In this document: piece by piece, positions 49,993-59,020 of the stretch
Position numbering within the stretch: the stretch's first letter is position 1
Layout of the letters: each line of letters starts with the position of its first letter
From: Bryobacterales bacterium
GTDB lineage: Bacteria; Acidobacteriota; Terriglobia; Bryobacterales; UBA6623
NCBI GenBank assembly: GCA_028819255.1
Contig: JAPPMB010000064.1
Coordinates: 93,478 to 157,477, forward strand
Direction of reading: 5' to 3'
DNA length: 64,000 nucleotides
The notes under the pieces: generated by a model
What the model was told of the DNA's origin: nothing
What the model saw: the letters and a program-made list of their open reading frames with translations, nothing else
Database searches by the model: none
Program-made: the position numbers and the translations under genes

Positions 49993-50925
49993 TTGCGGGT
50001 GCTTGTCTCAGGTGGTGCGGGCTTCATCGGCTCTCACCTCTGCGACCGCCTGCTCGCCGATCGTCACGAAGTCGTTGCCCTCGACAACCTGAGCACTGGG
50101 CGGGCCGAGAATCTCCAGCATCTGCGGGGGTGTCGCTCATTTCGGCTCCTGATCCATGATGTTTGCGAACCATTCAAGGAATGCCGCGGGTTCGACGCCG
50201 TGTTCAGCCTGGCTTCGCCGGCAAGTCCCAAGGACTACCTCGACAGGCCCATCGAGACCCTCTTGGCGGGTTCGGTCGGCACACGGAACATGCTGGAAGT
50301 CGCTCGCAAGGATGCTGCAGTCTTCGTGCAGGCGTCAACTTCGGAGTCCTACGGGGACCCGCTGGTGCATCCGCAGCCGGAGACGTACTGGGGCAATGTC
50401 AATCCAGTGGGTCCTCGGGCCGTCTATGACGAATCGAAGCGGTTCGCCGAGGCTCTGACCATGGCGTATCACGACCGATACGGACTCGAGACACGGCTTG
50501 CTCGGCTCTTCAACACCTACGGCCCGCGCATGAAGGCGGACGACGGCCGAGTTCTTCCGGGCTTCCTGGTGCAGGCGTTGCGAGGTGAGCCGCTTACGGT
50601 TTTCGGGGACGGCTTGCAAACCCGGAGCTTCTGCTACGTCTCAGACACCATCGAGGGGCTGATGCGCCTTGCGGTCAGCTCCGAACCGTCGCCTGTCAAC
50701 ATCGGGAGTCCGCGGGAGGTGACCGTGCTTGAGCTTGCTCGCAAGGTGCAGAGGCTGGCGGAGACCGAATGCGGGATCCTCCGGCTGCCGCTGCCCCAGG
50801 ACGACCCCCGGCGCAGGCAGCCGGACATCGGGAAGGCGAGACGCGTACTCGACTGGGAACCGCAGGTGTCGCTGGACGACGGGCTGCGGAAGGCCCTGGA
50901 CTGGTTTCGAACCGCTCTCGGGTGA
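49993..50925 (+). CDS. UDP-glucuronate decarboxylase family SDR
   Basis: [48 protein letters not shown] and [10 protein letters not shown] motifs. Confidence 0.93.
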   Translation: MRVLVSGGAGFIGSHLCDRLLADRHEVVALDNLSTGRAENLQHLRGCRSFRLLIHDVCEPFKECRGFDAVFSLASPASPKDYLDRPIETLLAGSVGTRNMLEVARKDAAVFVQASTSESYGDPLVHPQPETYWGNVNPVGPRAVYDESKRFAEALTMAYHDRYGLETRLARLFNTYGPRMKADDGRVLPGFLVQALRGEPLTVFGDGLQTRSFCYVSDTIEGLMRLAVSSEPSPVNIGSPREVTVLELARKVQRLAETECGILRLPLPQDDPRRRQPDIGKARRVLDWEPQVSLDDGLRKALDWFRTALG

Positions 50926-50969
50926 GAGGCGGTCCGGCTCCGCACTGCCTTTGCAAGAATGGAGTTTCA

Positions 50970-51677
50970 ATGTCTCCGAGGATGCCGTTGAGGTTCCTGC
51001 TGACAAATGACGACGGAATCGAGGCCCCCGGGCTTGCCGCGCTGGAGGCGGCTCTGCCGCCGGGGTCCCGCTCGATCGTGGTCGCACCGGGGCAGGAGCG
51101 GTCCGCTTGCAGCCATCAAGTCACCACTTCCAGGCCTATCCGGACCCAACGCATCGACGCGAGGCGCATAGAGGTCGATTCCTGGCCCGCGGATTGCGTC
51201 CGCCTCGCCGCTCACTCCATGCGCGATCGATTCGACTGGGTGCTTGCAGGCATCAATCACGGCGCAAACCTCGGCGCCGACGTCTACTATTCCGGAACCG
51301 TGGCCGCCGTTCGAGAAGCAGCCCTCCTGGGTCTTCCGGCGATTGCCGTGTCGCACTATCGTGATCGCGTCCTGAGCGAAGAGGACTGGCAGAGGGCTAC
51401 CGGATGGGTGCGGGACATTCTCCCTAGCCTGCTTCGCAGGCCGCTGGCCCGGGGGGAGTTCTGGAATGTGAACCTGCCTAGCCTGCCCGCGGGTCCTGCG
51501 ATGCCGCAGATCGTCGAATGCGATGTCGACACGAACGCTGTCGACCAGGCCTACGAAGCCAGCGACGGCAGTTTCCTCTATACGGGCGTGTACGGCAAAC
51601 GAGGTCGCCAGGCCGGCCGTGATGTGGACGTTTGCTTCAGCGGGAGGATCGCAGTCTCCACTCTGCGTCTACCCTGA
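50970..51677 (+). CDS. surE: 5'/3'-nucleotidase SurE
   Basis: LLTNDDG, PADCV, GINHGANLG, YSGTVAA and NVNLP motifs. Confidence 0.93.
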   Translation: MSPRMPLRFLLTNDDGIEAPGLAALEAALPPGSRSIVVAPGQERSACSHQVTTSRPIRTQRIDARRIEVDSWPADCVRLAAHSMRDRFDWVLAGINHGANLGADVYYSGTVAAVREAALLGLPAIAVSHYRDRVLSEEDWQRATGWVRDILPSLLRRPLARGEFWNVNLPSLPAGPAMPQIVECDVDTNAVDQAYEASDGSFLYTGVYGKRGRQAGRDVDVCFSGRIAVSTLRLP

Positions 51678-52061
51678 CCTGAATTCCCACGCCCGTCAAG
51701 GATGTGCAGGAATCGACGGCTGGGTCACTGAATGACGCTCGGGTCGAACCCGGCCGGCGCAGTCCGGCATGCCGTGATCCCATCCCGCCGAGGACACCGA
51801 TCGGTCTCCACCCGCTGCAATTCCCGGATCGAGGTGGTCTGTTCCTGGCACGCAGCACATCCCCAGTCAGGATCCGTCGCTCGCCGACGCGACCTCAAGA
51901 GCTCCCGCGATCGTCATGCCGAGGCGGCGCCGGGCTGGCACGGCTTCACAGCTTGGCGCTTGCCTCCCATGCCTTCCTCACACGCGTCCACAGTCCACCG
52001 GCACTTGATCCCCGTATCCCAGGGGCCACATGTTCTCACGACGAGCGTGGGAATTCAGGTC
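51676..52061. mobile_element. MITE-like or internally deleted IS remnant with 22-bp terminal inverted repeats
   Basis: Left GACCTGAATTCCCACGCCCGTC (51676-51697); reverse complement of right (52040-52061) GACCTGAATTCCCACGCTCGTC; 21/22 identical. No transposase inside and no target duplication seen. Confidence 0.65.
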
Positions 52062-52314
52062 GGCTGCGCCCAGATCGCCCCTCACCCTCGGCACTTGCCA
52101 CATTCCCGACCGTTCAATCCACCGCTTCAAGTACGGATGCGCGGAGGCGTCTCGGCTCGTCGCCAAAGATCTTGGTCCGAATCGCGTGCCGTGGCAGCCC
52201 GTGTCGCCACCCGTTCCGGCCCTCTTGGGGCGCGTCACTTGGAGTCGCGGCTGCGATGCGGCAGCGGGCACCGATCTGAATCCGGGCAACGCCCACTCGC
52301 GTGCGTGGTCTTCG

Positions 52315-53103
52315 TCAGGGTCTCCGGGCAGCGGCAGCCGGTGAGTCGACCCGTGTCCCCCGGCCCTCGGTCGCCAGGTAGAAGCGGCGGACGACGACCG
52401 CTCTGAAGAAGTCGCGCCGGCCCGAATGCCAATGGATCTCCACATCGGCTGCCTCTTCAGTTCCGAGGCCGGCGTGGATTCGCAGGTCGTTTCCGGGAAG
52501 ATAGCCGTCGCTTCCCCGCACCTCGAACTCGAAATAGCGGCAGGTGCCTCCTGCCTCCACGTACACCTTAGCGCCGATTCCGCCGCGGTTGCTCTCGACG
52601 CCCTGGGGACGGATCACGAGCCAGCTCCCGCCGTTTCCACCGTCGTTCCGGAGCACGGCCGGCCGATCGTTCTTGTTCACCACCACGATGTCAGCGTCGC
52701 CGTCATTGTCGTAGTCGCCGACCGTCAGCCCCATCGACCCTTCGGCCTCGCCGTGCTCGCTGACGACAGCCCCGGACACCCAGCTGACGTCCTCAAAGGT
52801 GCTGTCGCCCCTATTCTCGCGGTAGAAGTTGGCTCCGGCGTCGTTCCCAACATACAGATCCGGATCTCCGTCGCCATCGTAGTCACCGACCACGCAGCCG
52901 CTGGAGCAGTTCGTGTCGCCCACCGCGCGGGCCGCGGAAAGCAGCGTGCCGTTCGAAGAGGATCGCGTCTGCCTTCCGTCGCAGCATGGGGCCGGCTGCC
53001 GGACTTCGTGCTGGAGGTGCTGTTGCAGACGACGAGGGAACACGACCCGACTACGAAGAGAAGCCGGGAGTGGAGGACTCTCCGATTCGGAAGCGGGTCT
53101 CAA
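52315..53103 (-). pseudogene. Collapsed CRTAC1/ASPIC-UnbV (FG-GAP repeat) gene remnant
   Basis: GDYDGDGDPDLYVGND, GDYDNDGDADIVVVN, SNRGGIGAKV, IHAGLG and IHWHSG motifs. Only about 210 recognisable codons; N-terminus scrambled. Confidence 0.8.
52916..52952 (-). repeat. Exact 37-bp inverted copy of nadK 54316-54352
   Basis: Reverse complement of 52916-52952 is ACGGCACGCTGCTTTCCGCGGCCCGCGCGGTGGGCGA, identical to plus strand 54316-54352. Confidence 0.92.
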
Positions 53104-53355
53104 AGACCGAGCGACGTGAGCCTACCAGCTTGTCGGGGGAACGACCAGCTCATGCTGCCGGCGCACAGGGTGTGCAGCGAGGGTACGGAGCACTAGGATT
53201 CGCCTGACAGAGCCTCTAGTGCTTCGGTCGGTGTGCCCGTGGCGTCCGGGATTCTCCCGGACCAAGCCGGATACGAATCCTCCTCGGAGCCCCGGGGAAC
53301 GCAAAGTTCGCGAGGGACCGCCCGACCTTCATGAGACAATGCGAACTGAACCGCT

Positions 53356-54114
53356 TTGGCGCGCATGCGTTTGGATCTGTTGCTTGTCAAGCGGGGCTTC
53401 GTTGAATCCAGACACCGAGCCCAGGCCATGGTAATGGCCGGCGAGGTCCTCGTCGATGGGCAGAAGGCAGAAAAGCCCGGCCGGCAGGTCCGCTCCGATG
53501 TCGCGATTCGCTTGGTTCGCCAGAAGCCCCGGTTCGTCAGCAGGGCAGGCTTCAAGCTGGAGGCTGCGCTCGAGCACTTTCGAATCGACGTCGAGGGGGC
53601 GGTTTGCCTCGACATCGGCGCCTCGACTGGCGGATTCACCGACTGCCTTCTGCAGCACGGAGCGGATCGGGTCCATGCGGTCGATGTCGGCGTCGGCCAG
53701 CTGCATTGGAGAATTCGGTGCGACCAGCGCGTCATCGTCCGGGAGAAGCTGAATGCTCGGAATCTCCTGTTTGACGATGTCGGTGAAATCGTCGATTTCG
53801 TGTGCTGTGACGTGAGTTTCATTTCGGTGACGAAGATCCTCCCGCGGATTCCCAAGGTCCTTCGCCCGGGTGGGCCGGCCGTAGTCCTGGCGAAGCCGCA
53901 GTTCGAGGTCGGGAAGGGAGAGGTCGGAAAGGGAGGCATCGTGCGAGACCCCGCACAGCATCGCAGGGTTGTCGAGACCGTGAGTGCCGCAATGGCCGAG
54001 TGCGGTTTCGAGTCCGTTGGCTCGATCCGGAGCCCGATCCGGGGAGCATCCGGAAACCGGGAGTTTCTGGTCCACGGCAGGCACAGGCTGAGTCCGGAAG
54101 GCGAGGGGGCATAG
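53356..54114 (+). CDS. tlyA: TlyA family rRNA methyltransferase
   Basis: RLDLLL (S4), FVSRAGFKL, DIGASTGGFTD, DVSFIS, KPQFE and GASGNREF motifs. Confidence 0.95.
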   Translation: MARMRLDLLLVKRGFVESRHRAQAMVMAGEVLVDGQKAEKPGRQVRSDVAIRLVRQKPRFVSRAGFKLEAALEHFRIDVEGAVCLDIGASTGGFTDCLLQHGADRVHAVDVGVGQLHWRIRCDQRVIVREKLNARNLLFDDVGEIVDFVCCDVSFISVTKILPRIPKVLRPGGPAVVLAKPQFEVGKGEVGKGGIVRDPAQHRRVVETVSAAMAECGFESVGSIRSPIRGASGNREFLVHGRHRLSPEGEGA

Positions 54115-54971
54115 TGCTCCGTCGAATTGGCGCCGTCAGCAAGCCGGACAGGCAGGACATTCCGGCCCTGTTGCGATACCTCCAGGGGTGGGCGGCGCGA
54201 CACCGGATCGAGATCGCGGTGGACAACTCCTCGGCGGACTATCTCGGCAGGAGCGACGGCAAGTCCCGGGACCGGCTGCCGAAGGACTGCGACCTGATCG
54301 TGGTGCTCGGCGGAGACGGCACGCTGCTTTCCGCGGCCCGCGCGGTGGGCGAGCGGCAGATCCCGCTGCTGGCGGTCAATCTCGGCGGTCTCGGGTTCAT
54401 GATGACAACCGGCCCGGATGAGCTGCCGGCCGCACTGGAGAGCGTGGCGCATTCGGACTTTCGGCTCGACTCGAGGATGGTTCTCGAGGCGCGGCTCGTC
54501 CGGGACGGCGCCGAAATTGACCGCTTCTTCGCTCTCAACGATGTCGTAGTGGCGAATGGAGCGGTCGCGAGGCTTCTGCACCTGGCGGCCTACGCCGACG
54601 GGGAATACGTCTGCGACTACAGGTCGGACGGCCTGATACTCTCGACCCCGACGGGCTCCACCGCCTATTCCCTGTCGGCCGGCGGCCCGGTCATGTCTCC
54701 GGACGTGGGCGCTCTTGTCCTGACGCCGATCTGCCCGCACACGCTGTCGAATCGGTCTGTCGTGCTCCCGTCCACTGCCAAGGTCGAGATCCGGGTCTCC
54801 GCCGGCGACAAGGACAACTACCTCAGCGTCGACGGCCAGGTCGGCCGCCACCTCAAGCCGGAGGACTCGATCCGCGCCTGGAAGGCGGCCCATACCGTCG
54901 ACATCGTCCAGACCAACACCATGTCCTACTTCGATGTTCTGCGGAGCAAGATGCGGTGGGGCGATCGGTAG
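54114..54971 (+). CDS. nadK: NAD kinase
   Basis: VLGGDGTLL, NLGGLGF, ALND, DGLILSTPTGSTAYSLSAGGP and DGQ motifs; GTG overlaps the tlyA stop. Confidence 0.96.
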   Translation: MLRRIGAVSKPDRQDIPALLRYLQGWAARHRIEIAVDNSSADYLGRSDGKSRDRLPKDCDLIVVLGGDGTLLSAARAVGERQIPLLAVNLGGLGFMMTTGPDELPAALESVAHSDFRLDSRMVLEARLVRDGAEIDRFFALNDVVVANGAVARLLHLAAYADGEYVCDYRSDGLILSTPTGSTAYSLSAGGPVMSPDVGALVLTPICPHTLSNRSVVLPSTAKVEIRVSAGDKDNYLSVDGQVGRHLKPEDSIRAWKAAHTVDIVQTNTMSYFDVLRSKMRWGDR

Positions 54972-54990
54972 CCCGGGCGGCTCGACGTCG

Positions 54991-56190
54991 CTAGCCGCCC
55001 AGGAAGGGAAGGGCGGCGAAGAAGGCCAGACATGCTGCGAGCGCGAGGTTGATCCACAGCGGATTCCTGTTTGCACGGCCCACCCATGCGCGGCGGCCGT
55101 TCAAGAGCAGCAGCGTGAGGGCCAGCAGGGGTAGGAACATGGCTCCAAGAACGCCGTAGGTCAGCTGAATCTGCCTTACGGGGGCGTTCAGAAGAAACAG
55201 CGGAACGACGGCGACCAGCAGGACAGAGACCCGGTAGGGCGTCGAACCCCTCAGATCGCCGGACGAGGGACTGCGAAGGCGCACGAAATCCGCAAACATG
55301 TACGGGATGCTCTGCCAGACTCCGAGCAGACTGGAAAAGACTGCACCCCAGAAACCCACGAGGAACACCCACTTGCCGATCGGACCGGCGGCCGCTGCAA
55401 GGCGATCGGCCATCTGTGTGGCGAGGGCTGCGCCGCCGCCCTCCACGTCGATCTGCGAGCCGATGATGATCACGCAGAATCCGAACACCGCTGTGACGCC
55501 GTTTCCGACTCCCAGGTCGATTCGACAGGTGCGGAGCATTCCCGCGCCACGGCGATTCTGTTCTTGGATCCAGTAGCCGTAGGACAGGAGTGTGACAGTG
55601 CCTCCCACGCCGCCGAGCACTGCCAGCACCCACGCCTGCCCGCCCTGAGGCACGGACGGAACGAACCCGGCCGCGATCTCGGAAAGCGGCGGGGCGATCA
55701 TCGCCGCTGTCGCGACCACCGTGACGAACATCAACCCGATCAGCACGGACATGACCGACTCGAAGACCTTGAAGCTGCCTCGCAGGATGATTGCCACCCC
55801 CACAAGGGAGTGGATGACGGCCCAGTACAGGACAGAGTCTTCCGCTGCGCCGATGGGAAGCAGCGCAGTGCCGGCGATCCCGCACGCATTCGCCAGGGCG
55901 CGGCCCACAACCACGGTGAAGAGCGTCAGATAGGCGAGGAACACCCAGCGAATCCAGGACCCCAGCCTGTCGTTCCAGCCCTCGAGCAGCGTCGTGCCGG
56001 TCGCCAGCTGCCAGCGGGCAACTCCTTCACTGAGCACGAACTTCAGGAACGCTCCTGCAAGCACGGCCCACAACACGGTCGTGCCGAGTTCGGTTCCGGC
56101 CAGCGTTCCCGTCACGAGGTCTCCCGCGCCGACACCAGTCGCAGCCATCATCAGGCCGGGAGCAATCACGCTGTACCAGTTCATCTTCAT
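54991..56190 (-). CDS. Nramp-superfamily transporter
   Basis: PGLMMAATGVGAGDL and GGVGGTVTLLSYGYW motifs; about 11 TM helices. Confidence 0.85.
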   Translation of the reverse strand: MKMNWYSVIAPGLMMAATGVGAGDLVTGTLAGTELGTTVLWAVLAGAFLKFVLSEGVARWQLATGTTLLEGWNDRLGSWIRWVFLAYLTLFTVVVGRALANACGIAGTALLPIGAAEDSVLYWAVIHSLVGVAIILRGSFKVFESVMSVLIGLMFVTVVATAAMIAPPLSEIAAGFVPSVPQGGQAWVLAVLGGVGGTVTLLSYGYWIQEQNRRGAGMLRTCRIDLGVGNGVTAVFGFCVIIIGSQIDVEGGGAALATQMADRLAAAAGPIGKWVFLVGFWGAVFSSLLGVWQSIPYMFADFVRLRSPSSGDLRGSTPYRVSVLLVAVVPLFLLNAPVRQIQLTYGVLGAMFLPLLALTLLLLNGRRAWVGRANRNPLWINLALAACLAFFAALPFLGG

Positions 56191-56285
56191 GAGAGGGTGC
56201 CGGGCATCGCGGAATGCCCGGCAAGGTGACAGATTAGCCTATGTCGGAGACGGGATCCGCTGTGAGACGATAGGGCCGACCAGCC

Positions 56286-57806
56286 ATGCGAGTGTCGATA
56301 TCGAGACGAGAATTCCTTTCCACTGCGGCAGCCGCAGCCGGGGGACTCTCGTGCGCTCCGGATGCGCCGGCCGAGGCCGTTCCTCCCAACGTCGTGCTGC
56401 TGATGGGCGACGACCACGGCTGGCATGAGACGGGATACAACGGGCATCCCCACGTGGCGACGCCGGTGCTCGATGAGATGGCGGCGTCCGGGCTGCGCCT
56501 TGACCGCTTCTACTCGGCGGCTCCCGTCTGCTCCCCCACTCGCGGCAGCGTCATGACCGGGCGCCATCCGAACCGCTACGGGACATTCAGTGCAAACTGG
56601 TCAGTCCGTCCGGAGGAAATCGGCATCGCCGAGATTCTGAGCAAGGCCGGGTACGCTTGCGGGCATTTCGGCAAGTGGCATCTTGGGCCCGTCAAGGCCG
56701 ACTCCCCGACCAACCCGGGCGCGTTCGGCTTCGAGGAATGGCTGTCTCACGACAACTTCTTTGAGATGAACCCGTTTCTGTCCCGAAACGGAGGGCCGCC
56801 TGAGAGGCATGAAGGCGAGAGCTCGAAGATTGTGATCGACGCCGCGAGGCGGTTCATCGAGAGGGCCGCCGAGTCCGGGCGTCCGTTCTTTGTCGTCGTG
56901 TGGTTCGGCTCGCCGCACGAGCCCTACAGCGGTCTCCCGGAAGATCTCGAAGCGTACTCAGACCTGCCCGAGGGCCTGAAGGAGTCAACGGGGGCAATCA
57001 CTTCCATGGAGACGGGGCTTCGGACGAGGGTCCGTCTCGACAAGATCCTGCAGGCCCGCTATGCGGAGATCACCGCGATGGACCGCGCGATCGGGGACTT
57101 GCGGGACTACCTGCGGGACAGCGAACTCCGCCGGAACACGCTGCTCTGGTACTGCAGCGACAATGGCGCCCCGTCCGAGAGCACCTTCAAGTCGCCGCTC
57201 CGAGCCAGCAAGGGGAGCGTCTATGAAGGCGGCGTTCGAGTGCCGTCGGTGATCGAATGGCCGGAGCGGATCGCCCAGCCCGCCAGCACCGCCGTCAACG
57301 CTGTGACCAGCGACATCCTCCCGACGCTGTGCGAGCTCACCGCCCAGCCTCTCCCGGACCGCCCCCTCGATGGAATCAGCCTCGTTCCGCTCCTGGACGG
57401 CTCCATGGAGGCGCGGCCCAGTCCGATCTGCTTCTGGAGGTTCGAACCGGACCGAGACCTGGAAACCGAGCCGTACATTGATCCGGAGCTGCAGAAGGGG
57501 ACGACGCCTCTTGTCAAGTACATGGACGGCAGACTCACCCGCCACTTTCGCAACTTCCACTTCGAGTCTCCCGACCCAACGGACTTCGCCGGCCCGCGCG
57601 CGATTCTTGACAGCAGATACAAGCTCGTTCTCGACGGGGACCGCCAAGACGGTCCCGGACGGGAGCTCTTCGACATGCGGGAGGATCCGGCTGAGAGCCG
57701 GGACGTCGCCGGCGACAACCCGGAAACCCATCAGCAGTTGGAAAGGGAGCTCGTGAACTGGCAGGAGTCCGTGCTGCGGAGCCTGACGGGGGCTGATTAT
57801 TCCTGA
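56286..57806 (+). CDS. Sulfatase (Cys-type, CSPTR) with Tat signal
   Basis: SRREFL; PNVVLLMGDD; PVCSPTRGS; GKWHLG; SDNG; KGSVYEGGVRVP. Confidence 0.93.
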   Translation: MRVSISRREFLSTAAAAAGGLSCAPDAPAEAVPPNVVLLMGDDHGWHETGYNGHPHVATPVLDEMAASGLRLDRFYSAAPVCSPTRGSVMTGRHPNRYGTFSANWSVRPEEIGIAEILSKAGYACGHFGKWHLGPVKADSPTNPGAFGFEEWLSHDNFFEMNPFLSRNGGPPERHEGESSKIVIDAARRFIERAAESGRPFFVVVWFGSPHEPYSGLPEDLEAYSDLPEGLKESTGAITSMETGLRTRVRLDKILQARYAEITAMDRAIGDLRDYLRDSELRRNTLLWYCSDNGAPSESTFKSPLRASKGSVYEGGVRVPSVIEWPERIAQPASTAVNAVTSDILPTLCELTAQPLPDRPLDGISLVPLLDGSMEARPSPICFWRFEPDRDLETEPYIDPELQKGTTPLVKYMDGRLTRHFRNFHFESPDPTDFAGPRAILDSRYKLVLDGDRQDGPGRELFDMREDPAESRDVAGDNPETHQQLERELVNWQESVLRSLTGADYS

Positions 57807-57822
57807 GCGCCTGGGAAGCGAG

Positions 57823-58584
57823 TCAGTACGCCCAAGGCCCGCGCGTGAAGATCCCTCCGTCGACCATCAGTGTCTGACCTGAAACGAATTCCGCCGCGTC
57901 CGTACACAGGAAGGCCACGGCCTCGGCCACGTCGCGCGGGTAGCCCACCCTTCCCATCGGTGTGAGCCTCGACCACTGTCCGGCATAGTCGTCGGCTTCC
58001 CGACTGGTTCTCCCGATCAGGATGGCGCCCGGCGCCACGCAGTTGACCGTGATGCCGTACCTGCCCAGTTCGGCTGCCGCCACCTTCGTGAACTGCTCCA
58101 TCCCTCCCTTGCTGGCCGTGTAGCTGACGAGATTCGGGAATGCAACCTTGTTGCATCCTGATCCAATGTTGACAATGCGTCCGCCGCCCTTGTCCTTCAT
58201 GTGCCGCGCCGCAAGCTGCGTACACAGGAAGCAGCCCTTGAGATTCGTGTCGATGACGCGATCCCAGTCCTCCTCGCGAAGGTCGAGCAGGGGCGACCAC
58301 ACCTGTGTTCCGGCGTTGTTGACGAGGATGTCGAGACGCTCGAATCGAGTGAGAACCGTGTCGAACATTCGCTGGACCTGGGCGGATTCCGCCACGGACC
58401 CCTGAACGGAGAAAGCGGTCCGGCCGTCCTGGCGAACGGCCTTGACAACTTCCTCCGCGCCCTTGGAGTCCGAATGGTAGTTGACCGCGACGTCGCAGCC
58501 AAGAGCCCCCAGGCGCCTGGCGATTCCCTTTCCTATGCCCTTGCTGGCCCCAGTGACCAGCGCGGACTTGCGCGTGAGATCCAT
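57823..58584 (-). CDS. Short-chain dehydrogenase/reductase (glucose 1-dehydrogenase/FabG-like)
   Basis: TGASKGIG, LVNNAG, YTASKGG, VNCVAPG and VDGG motifs. Confidence 0.93.
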   Translation of the reverse strand: MDLTRKSALVTGASKGIGKGIARRLGALGCDVAVNYHSDSKGAEEVVKAVRQDGRTAFSVQGSVAESAQVQRMFDTVLTRFERLDILVNNAGTQVWSPLLDLREEDWDRVIDTNLKGCFLCTQLAARHMKDKGGGRIVNIGSGCNKVAFPNLVSYTASKGGMEQFTKVAAAELGRYGITVNCVAPGAILIGRTSREADDYAGQWSRLTPMGRVGYPRDVAEAVAFLCTDAAEFVSGQTLMVDGGIFTRGPWAY

Positions 58585-59020
58585 AGCGAGGCGTTTCGCA
58601 GTCTACCAAGGTCCCGACGCTGCCTCGCGAGCCGGGACAAGCGCTGCAGGGGGCGCGACGGCTCCTCGATCCGCGTTGGATCCGGTCCTGGCCGCCGATT
58701 GCCGGGCAGTGCCCAGAGCGGCTCCAGAGGCCGGCCCTCTCGGCTGCTCGAGCCCCGGTCCCTCGCGAGCATCCGCTCACCAACCACCTCGGACGTCAAT
58801 TCCAGATTGCGGTCAACGGCGCAAGCCACGGCTGTGCCTGGCAGAAGATGTGCTTCCGCCTCAGTGCAGGGAGGCCACCGGACACGCCTGCCCAGTGGAT
58901 ACGGGAGCCGACTACCAGATGTCTTCGAACTGCTGCACGGCGGTTGAGGGAACCTCAGATATGAAGTTCCCGCCAGGTCATAGTTCGGACATGCTCTCGG
59001 CTGTGGAGGTCGGCCGCCGA

